Shown here: one piece after another, positions 58,988-64,000 of the stretch | How the letters are laid out: every line of letters begins with the position of its first letter | Position numbering within the stretch: position 1 is the first letter of the stretch | DNA from: an uncultured Elusimicrobia bacterium | GTDB taxonomy: Bacteria; Elusimicrobiota; Elusimicrobia; Elusimicrobiales; UBA9959 | Direction of reading: 5' to 3' | DNA length: 64,000 bases | Assembly (NCBI GenBank): GCA_903917735.1 | Contig: CAIXBR010000123.1 | Coordinates: forward strand, 3,883 to 67,882 | The notes under the pieces: model-generated | The model's input: the letters and a program-made list of their open reading frames with translations, nothing else | Told to the model about the DNA's origin: nothing | Databases searched by the model: none | Position numbers and translations under genes: made by a program

Positions 58988-61555
58988 TTAATCCACTGTT
59001 ATAGATTTGCTGACATTTTTGGGCGAGTCGGGATGCACCCCGTGGTCCATTATCTCCAGCCGGTTCAGGAAGTTCATCTTCCGCACGCTCATCTCAAGGG
59101 CCAGCAGTTGCAGCGCCACCGAACTGGTGAAAAAGACAAGCAGGTCGTCGTCCGTCTTCGGAAGCACGATGTAGCCGGATTTGTAGGTCTTCGAATACAT
59201 CGAGGGCACGCTTTTTTCCGCGGCGTCGCGCAACACCTTGTTCTCCTCGGCTATCACGTAAATATTCGCACCGCGTATCTTGTGCGTATTTATCTGCGAG
59301 ATAGTGAGGTTTATGTCCCTGGAATTGGGGCCGGTCACGAAGACAAGCGGGTAATTGGTATACATGCTTTCGAAAAAATTATGCTCCTTGAGTATCCCGT
59401 CCAATATACCTGACTCTTCCGCGGAAAGCCCGATGGGCTTGATATCGAAAAAAGCGTAGTCGGACACGGCGTGGAAGATCCTGGCCAGGCTTTCCGCCGT
59501 TAAGTTCTTGCCGTCTTTTCTCTTTATCGCGTACTTTATGGTGTCCGAAAGCTTGTTCACCAGCCCGCCCACGCCCTCCATCCCGAAAATAGTATTCACG
59601 CCCAGTATGGTGTTGGGCCCGTGCTTGAACTCCGGGGCTTCGAAACCTTCGGTGTGGTTCAGCACCACCTCGCGCACCTTCAGCGCGCCTTCCCTTGCGA
59701 TGCCCTGCATCCCCGTGGCGAGTATATGTATACTCGGCTCAAGGAACAGGTCTATCCCGGCCTGCTCCACCGCATCGCGCGTGTTCTTGATGACGGCGCC
59801 TATCAGCTCCGGCACAAGGTAGAGGTTCTCGCGGGCTTTTTCAAGGGTCTCTTTTGAAACGGCCCTTATCTTCTCTTTTGAAAAATGCCCGGCCAGGTAA
59901 ACGGCCAGGACGTACAGCACCAGCAGCTGGTTAATGAAGCTCTTCGTCGCGGGCACGGCTATTTCGGGCCCGCAGTGCAGCGGTATAAAAATATCCGATT
60001 TCTCCAGGGCTATAGTGGAGTTGACGTTGTTCAGGATATTTACATTTACGACTTTTTTGCCGGCTTCTTTCACCTGGTTGAAGACGTCTATCAGGTCTTT
60101 CGTTTCGCCGCTCTGGCTTATGCCTATAATGATGTCACCGTTCTCTACGGAATCCAGGCATTGCGCGCGGAAATCTCCCGGCAGGCAGGCCGTAATGTTT
60201 ATCCCGGCTATCTTGTTGAAGAAGACCGACGCGCATTTGGCAGCGTTATAGGAAGTGCCGCAGGCTACGAAATAGGCGGTGTTGCCGCTCTTGTAGCAGG
60301 CGGCCATTTTCTGCACAAAGCCGGCCACCCTTACGTTAATATCCTCTATCTCTTCCAGCATGAACAGCGCGTCCATGAATTTTATGGCCGGGTTGTTCTT
60401 AGCCGAACCGCCGGAAGCGCGCATCTCGCCGAAAAAGTCGGCGAGGTAGGACTCGAAAGGCAGCGTATTGAGTGAAGGGCGATAGCCCTTGATAAAGGGC
60501 AGCGCTTTTTCCGCCGCCGTCTCCAGGAAAGCGGCCGAAGCCGCTTTAAGCTCGCCAATCTGAGTCAGCGCGGCCAGCCTGAGTATTTCAGCCTTCAGTC
60601 CTGCTACGAGCCTGGGATTTTTGGCAGTGGCTTTCCTGACCAGGTCTATCAGGGGCGACTTATCGGCGAAATAGTTAAGGACCCTGTTGGATGCGTCTAC
60701 TTCGCTAAAGATCTCCTGTTCCATAAAATACTTAAACGGCTTTTTCAGCTCGGTTTCCTCTACCTTCAGGTGGCTGCGGACGGCGGTCTTTTCTATGCGC
60801 GCGCCGGTCTTGATGTTATAGAAATCGGCCTTGGCGTGGGTATAAAGGGCGAACTCGTCCTCTTTAAGCGGGTAAATTATTTTGGTCAGCGAAAGCACGC
60901 TGGCGAGGTCCGAGGAGGCGATGATGAAACCGCCGTGCGCGTCAGCACCTTCACCCATGTAGAGGCTGCTGCCGGCCTTGATGCAGGCCATAAGTTGCGT
61001 GACGGGGTCCACTACCACGGCGGCGAAGGAGCCCACCATCTTTTTCGAAGCTTCCATTATGGCGGTTTTCAGCGCGGCGTATCTTTGCCGGCCATCGCCT
61101 CCTTTCTTCAGTTTCTTCAGCTCTATCGCGAAGAAATGCTCGATGGTGTGCACCAGCATTTCCCCGTCGTTATCGCTTTTTACGTCATGGCCGCGGCTTA
61201 CCAGCCACTCTTTGAGCTGGTCGCAGTTGGTGATATTGCCGTTATGGGCGCCGTACAGGTGGGTATGGCAGCGCACCTCGTGGGGCTGCGCGTTTTCCTT
61301 GGTTACCATGCCGAAAGTGGCCCAGCGCACCTGGCCGCAGAACAGTTTCCCGGCCAGCTTGTCGATGCCGAGTTTTTTAGTGATTATGGTGGGGGCGCCG
61401 ACGTCTTTTCTTAGCGCTATCCTCCCCGCGGCGTTCTGTATGAGGGCGCCGGTGGAATCATAGCCGCGGTATTCAAGCATCCTCAGAAGCCTAGAAGCCA
61501 CCGCCCCAAGGTCTTCTCTGTCCTTTTCGCACCGCAGGCCTATAACTCCGCACAT
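58988..61555 (-). CDS. glmS: Glutamine-fructose-6-phosphate aminotransferase-like protein, unusually long (855 aa)
   Basis: N-terminal MCGVIG class-II amidotransferase, two SIS-type regions (ACGTSYNAA, ISQSGETKD), C-terminal ..SKSITVD. Extra segments compared with the roughly 600-aa length I recall for canonical GlmS. Confidence 0.7.
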   Translation of the reverse strand: MCGVIGLRCEKDREDLGAVASRLLRMLEYRGYDSTGALIQNAAGRIALRKDVGAPTIITKKLGIDKLAGKLFCGQVRWATFGMVTKENAQPHEVRCHTHLYGAHNGNITNCDQLKEWLVSRGHDVKSDNDGEMLVHTIEHFFAIELKKLKKGGDGRQRYAALKTAIMEASKKMVGSFAAVVVDPVTQLMACIKAGSSLYMGEGADAHGGFIIASSDLASVLSLTKIIYPLKEDEFALYTHAKADFYNIKTGARIEKTAVRSHLKVEETELKKPFKYFMEQEIFSEVDASNRVLNYFADKSPLIDLVRKATAKNPRLVAGLKAEILRLAALTQIGELKAASAAFLETAAEKALPFIKGYRPSLNTLPFESYLADFFGEMRASGGSAKNNPAIKFMDALFMLEEIEDINVRVAGFVQKMAACYKSGNTAYFVACGTSYNAAKCASVFFNKIAGINITACLPGDFRAQCLDSVENGDIIIGISQSGETKDLIDVFNQVKEAGKKVVNVNILNNVNSTIALEKSDIFIPLHCGPEIAVPATKSFINQLLVLYVLAVYLAGHFSKEKIRAVSKETLEKARENLYLVPELIGAVIKNTRDAVEQAGIDLFLEPSIHILATGMQGIAREGALKVREVVLNHTEGFEAPEFKHGPNTILGVNTIFGMEGVGGLVNKLSDTIKYAIKRKDGKNLTAESLARIFHAVSDYAFFDIKPIGLSAEESGILDGILKEHNFFESMYTNYPLVFVTGPNSRDINLTISQINTHKIRGANIYVIAEENKVLRDAAEKSVPSMYSKTYKSGYIVLPKTDDDLLVFFTSSVALQLLALEMSVRKMNFLNRLEIMDHGVHPDSPKNVSKSITVD

Positions 61556-61637
61556 AGTGTCACCTCGTTAGAATTCACCGTAGCGCAATATTATTATATT
61601 ACTTTCGCGCTTGAGACACCTGACTAGGGATTCCGGA

Positions 61638-61771
61638 GGGGGTGTCGAGGGCATAGGTTCGGCGGGCCCTGTCGCAAGGAGCCGCTTGCGTAAGCGCGGC
61701 GACTGAGAGAGGAGGTGCGCGCACGGTGTGCGCGACGCCGTGCCCGACGGGCCCATGCCCTCGACACCCCC
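61638..61771. repeat. 134-bp GC-rich element with perfect 17-bp terminal inverted repeats
   Basis: GGGGGTGTCGAGGGCAT ... ATGCCCTCGACACCCCC enclosing further hairpins (GCGCAC-ACC-GTGCGC). Lies in the leader between tRNA-Val and the GlmS-like gene. Confidence 0.7.
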
Positions 61772-61805
61772 GACCACGCTAACCTGCAAAGGCTTCTCTA
61801 TATAA

Positions 61806-61834
61806 TAAAAATGCCGCCGGAAGGCGACATTTTA
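61806..61834 (-). terminator. Terminator after tRNA-Val
   Basis: Minus strand AAAATGTCGCC-TTCC-GGCGGCATTTTT. Confidence 0.65.
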
Positions 61835-61842
61835 ATTAAATC

Positions 61843-61917
61843 TGGTGGGTGATACAGGATTTGAACCTGTGACATCTGTCGTGTGAGGACAGCGCTCTAC
61901 CGCTGAGCTAATCACCC
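61843..61917 (-). tRNA. tRNA-Val (anticodon CAC), CCA encoded
   Basis: Hand-folded cloverleaf: acceptor GGGTGAT/ATCACCC, D stem GCTC/GAGC, anticodon stem CTGTC/GACAG with loop CTCACAC, T stem ACAGG/CCTGT with loop TTCAAAT. 75 nt. Confidence 0.9.
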
Positions 61918-61978
61918 GAAAACAACCCGCTGCCTTAATTTTACCACATTTGCGTCATTTACTGAAAACCGCGGGCTT

Positions 61979-62602
61979 TTAAATATAGAACAGCACGGCG
62001 AAGTAATGGCACAGGCTGCCGGCCAGCACGAACAGGTGCCAGATGCCGTGAAAATACCGGAAGCGCTTGTCCATAACGTAAAAAACCACACCAGAAGTGT
62101 AGAACAGCCCGCCGCCCATCAGCCAGCCCACGCCCCAGTGCGGCATGGCGCGCATCAGCGGCCCAAGGGCGATGGTTATAAGCCAGCCCATCATCAGGTA
62201 TATCACCAGCTGCGGCACGCGGCTGCCCTTGCCATGGACCGCGTCCAGCACTATGCCGAATACGGCCAGAACCCAGATAATTATGAATAGGGACCAGCCC
62301 AAAGTCCCGCGCAGGGTCACCAGCATGAACGGCGTGTAGGTTCCGGCTATAAGGAGATAAATGGACTGGTGGTCTATTACCCGGAAGATATTCTTTGCGC
62401 GCCCGCCCAGGCTGTGATAGAGCGCCGAAGAGAGGTACAGCATGAAGAGCGTGGCTCCGTAAATAGAAAAACTAGTTATGCGCCAGGCGTCCCCGCGCCG
62501 CGCGGCCGATACCACCAGCACCACCAGGCCGGCCAGCGCCAGGACCGCGCCCACGATGTGGGTAACGCTGTTAAAAACGTCCTCTTTTCCCATGTCTGTC
62601 AT
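61979..62602 (-). CDS. Hemolysin III / PAQR-family membrane protein
   Basis: 207 aa, 7 TM. Blocks HSLGGR, DHQSIYLLIAGTYTPF and FHGIWHLFVL. Confidence 0.85.
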   Translation of the reverse strand: MTDMGKEDVFNSVTHIVGAVLALAGLVVLVVSAARRGDAWRITSFSIYGATLFMLYLSSALYHSLGGRAKNIFRVIDHQSIYLLIAGTYTPFMLVTLRGTLGWSLFIIIWVLAVFGIVLDAVHGKGSRVPQLVIYLMMGWLITIALGPLMRAMPHWGVGWLMGGGLFYTSGVVFYVMDKRFRYFHGIWHLFVLAGSLCHYFAVLFYI

Positions 62603-63519
62603 GCGGTTATGACCTTAACCGCGCGCGGCAGGGTCTCGAACACCGCCGGGAACATCCCGTCCGCTTCGCCGTCTATATTAAGGTAAACGGTTTCGTCGGA
62701 CTCGGCCTCTAGCCTGCGCACGCTTGTAACGGTTATGCCGGAGGAATTGATGTGTGTGCCCTTGTAGAGCCTGGGGAAATTTTTTACCAGCTCGAAGCGG
62801 CTCATGTCCGGCACCAGCACCAGGTCCATCAGCCCGTCGTCGTCCTTCGTGCCGGGGGCGATCCTCATGCCGCCGCCCATGGACGAAGTGTTGGCCAGCA
62901 CGCCCAGGTGGTAGCGGCCCGAAAGGTCACGCCCGTCGGCTTTAAGCCTGACGGTTTTAGCCCGGGCGCCCAGGATAACCCGCGCCGAGGAAACCGCGTA
63001 CGAGACGGTGCCGCCCAGCGCCTTGCCCATTCTTTTTATATGGTGGGCCACGTCGCCTGCCAGGCCGAAGGCCGCTATATTTATAAAATGCCGCTCCCGG
63101 GGCGCACCGTCCAGCCCGCTGTAATTTATTCTGCCCACGTCCAGCGGCCGGCTCTTCCCGGAGGCTATAAGGGCTAACAGCGCGCTGCCGTCTTTCGGGT
63201 AGCCGAGGTGGCGGGCCAGGTCGCAGCCCGAGCCGGACGGCATGGCGGCAAGCGTCAGCGCCGCGCGGCGCGCCGCGGGAAGGCGCATTACGCCCTCAAG
63301 CATTTCGCTAAAAGTGCCGTCGCCGCCGACCGCCACTATTTTCAGCGCTCCGTCGACGGCGGCCTTAACCGCAAGTTCGGTCGCGTGGCCGGGTTTCTCG
63401 GTGATAAGACAAAGCGCGCCGGGGAAGGCGCGCAGTATTTTCGGGCGAAGGCCGGCCCAGACCCGCGCGGCGCGGCCGTGCCCGGCGGCGGGATTCATTA
63501 TAAAAACCGTTTCAGCCAT
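62599..63519 (-). CDS. Diacylglycerol-kinase-family lipid kinase (YegS-like)
   Basis: NPAAGHGRA, and a VAVGGDGTFSEM catalytic loop. ATGA overlap with the downstream gene. Confidence 0.85.
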   Translation of the reverse strand: MAETVFIMNPAAGHGRAARVWAGLRPKILRAFPGALCLITEKPGHATELAVKAAVDGALKIVAVGGDGTFSEMLEGVMRLPAARRAALTLAAMPSGSGCDLARHLGYPKDGSALLALIASGKSRPLDVGRINYSGLDGAPRERHFINIAAFGLAGDVAHHIKRMGKALGGTVSYAVSSARVILGARAKTVRLKADGRDLSGRYHLGVLANTSSMGGGMRIAPGTKDDDGLMDLVLVPDMSRFELVKNFPRLYKGTHINSSGITVTSVRRLEAESDETVYLNIDGEADGMFPAVFETLPRAVKVITA

Positions 63520-63632
63520 AACGATATGTTATCAAAATTGGGTATTTAGCACGACGGCGGGACAAAACAGAGGCGGCACTGAAAGCCGTTGAACCGCGCT
63601 TTAGTGCCGCCTTCTTACGCCAAGAAGCGAAG

Positions 63633-63719
63633 TTACTTCTTCTTCGCTTTCTTTACGGCTTTCTTCGCCACTTTCTTCACGGCGACTTTCTTGGCAACTG
63701 CTTTTTTAGCTTTAGGCAT
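63633..63719 (-). CDS. 28-aa Lys-rich peptide (below the track's smallest listed ORF, 60 aa)
   Basis: MPKAKKAVAKKVAVKKVAKKAVKKAKKK. AAGGAGA lies 10 nt upstream, and a 9-bp-stem hairpin (GGCGGCACT...AGTGCCGCC) plus a T-run lies downstream. Confidence 0.45.
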   Translation of the reverse strand: MPKAKKAVAKKVAVKKVAKKAVKKAKKK

Positions 63720-63857
63720 TGTTCTTTTTTTCTCCTTGCGCCTACTTTGCGCGTGAATTGATTCTATATATTGTTCTATGCAATTGCAATAGAAATCTTC
63801 GTTTTTTTAAAAATATTTTTCGCTGGCGGGCGCGGCAAGGTTTCATATAATGAAGAA

Positions 63858-64000
63858 ATGGACCGGTTAACAGAGGTTTTAGAACTCTCCAAGCTTCCGG
63901 AAGGAAAGCTCTCCGCGGTTTTCCCGAAAGGCCTGCCCGTTATCCTGATACGACGGGGAGCGGAGGTTTTCGCGCTTGAGAACCGCTGCGCCCACATGGG
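63858..64000 (+). CDS. Rieske [2Fe-2S]-type ferredoxin domain protein, 5' part only
   Basis: MDRLTEVLELSKLPEGKLSAVFPKGLPVILIRRGAEVFALENRCAHM.. The CxH box arrives at the expected distance. The ORF runs off the window. Confidence 0.5.
   Translation, partial: MDRLTEVLELSKLPEGKLSAVFPKGLPVILIRRGAEVFALENRCAHM

Noticed and set aside
61568-61789. 73-aa ORF across the GC-rich palindromic element
   Set aside because: It is generated by the palindrome itself, has no RBS, and its composition is implausible for a protein.
61556-61842. Possible glmS ribozyme upstream of the GlmS-like gene
   Set aside because: By eye the leader does not contain the conserved ribozyme core as I remember it. The only GACGAGG-like string is the Shine-Dalgarno region. 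A covariance-model scan is needed to exclude it formally.

Overview
GC-rich 64-kb chromosomal segment from a diderm bacterium (Lol-like and Mla-like ABC systems, an autotransporter, several beta-barrel outer-membrane proteins). The phylum cannot be assigned from sequence alone. It holds about 50 protein genes and one tRNA-Val(CAC). Core blocks include a PiT phosphate transporter, NCS2- and DASS-type permeases, thiolase + CoA-transferase + TetR, a GlmS-like gene, an RluB-like gene, DedA, and an ECF sigma/anti-sigma pair. These alternate with accessory material. Main observations: (1) At least nine relics of the 3' end plus terminus of an IS91/ISCR-family (HUH, rolling-circle) transposon. Five lie head-to-tail at 33.4-38.6 kb, each next to one small exported-protein gene or gene relic. 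They share discrete breakpoints and a conserved promoter-like motif, and no intact transposase is in the window. (2) A 46-nt nested-hairpin mini-repeat with compensatory stem changes that has inserted into those relics. (3) Three secreted peptidases (S41, M6-like, and a 2472-aa C1-peptidase/Kelch/Fn3 giant), each with a T9SS-type C-terminal domain and each coupled by an ATGA overlap to its own PorV-like barrel gene, one of which is decayed. (4) An apparently intact IS110/IS1111-type element with a 0.4-kb structured 3' non-coding region (candidate bridge/seek RNA). (5) An orphan ParA with a 65-aa partner, bracketed by ~115-bp direct repeats. (6) A permease fused to a degenerate RsbW-like domain, followed by STAS and RsbW-like genes. 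All calls rest on by-eye motif recognition and hand alignment; no database search or folding program was available.
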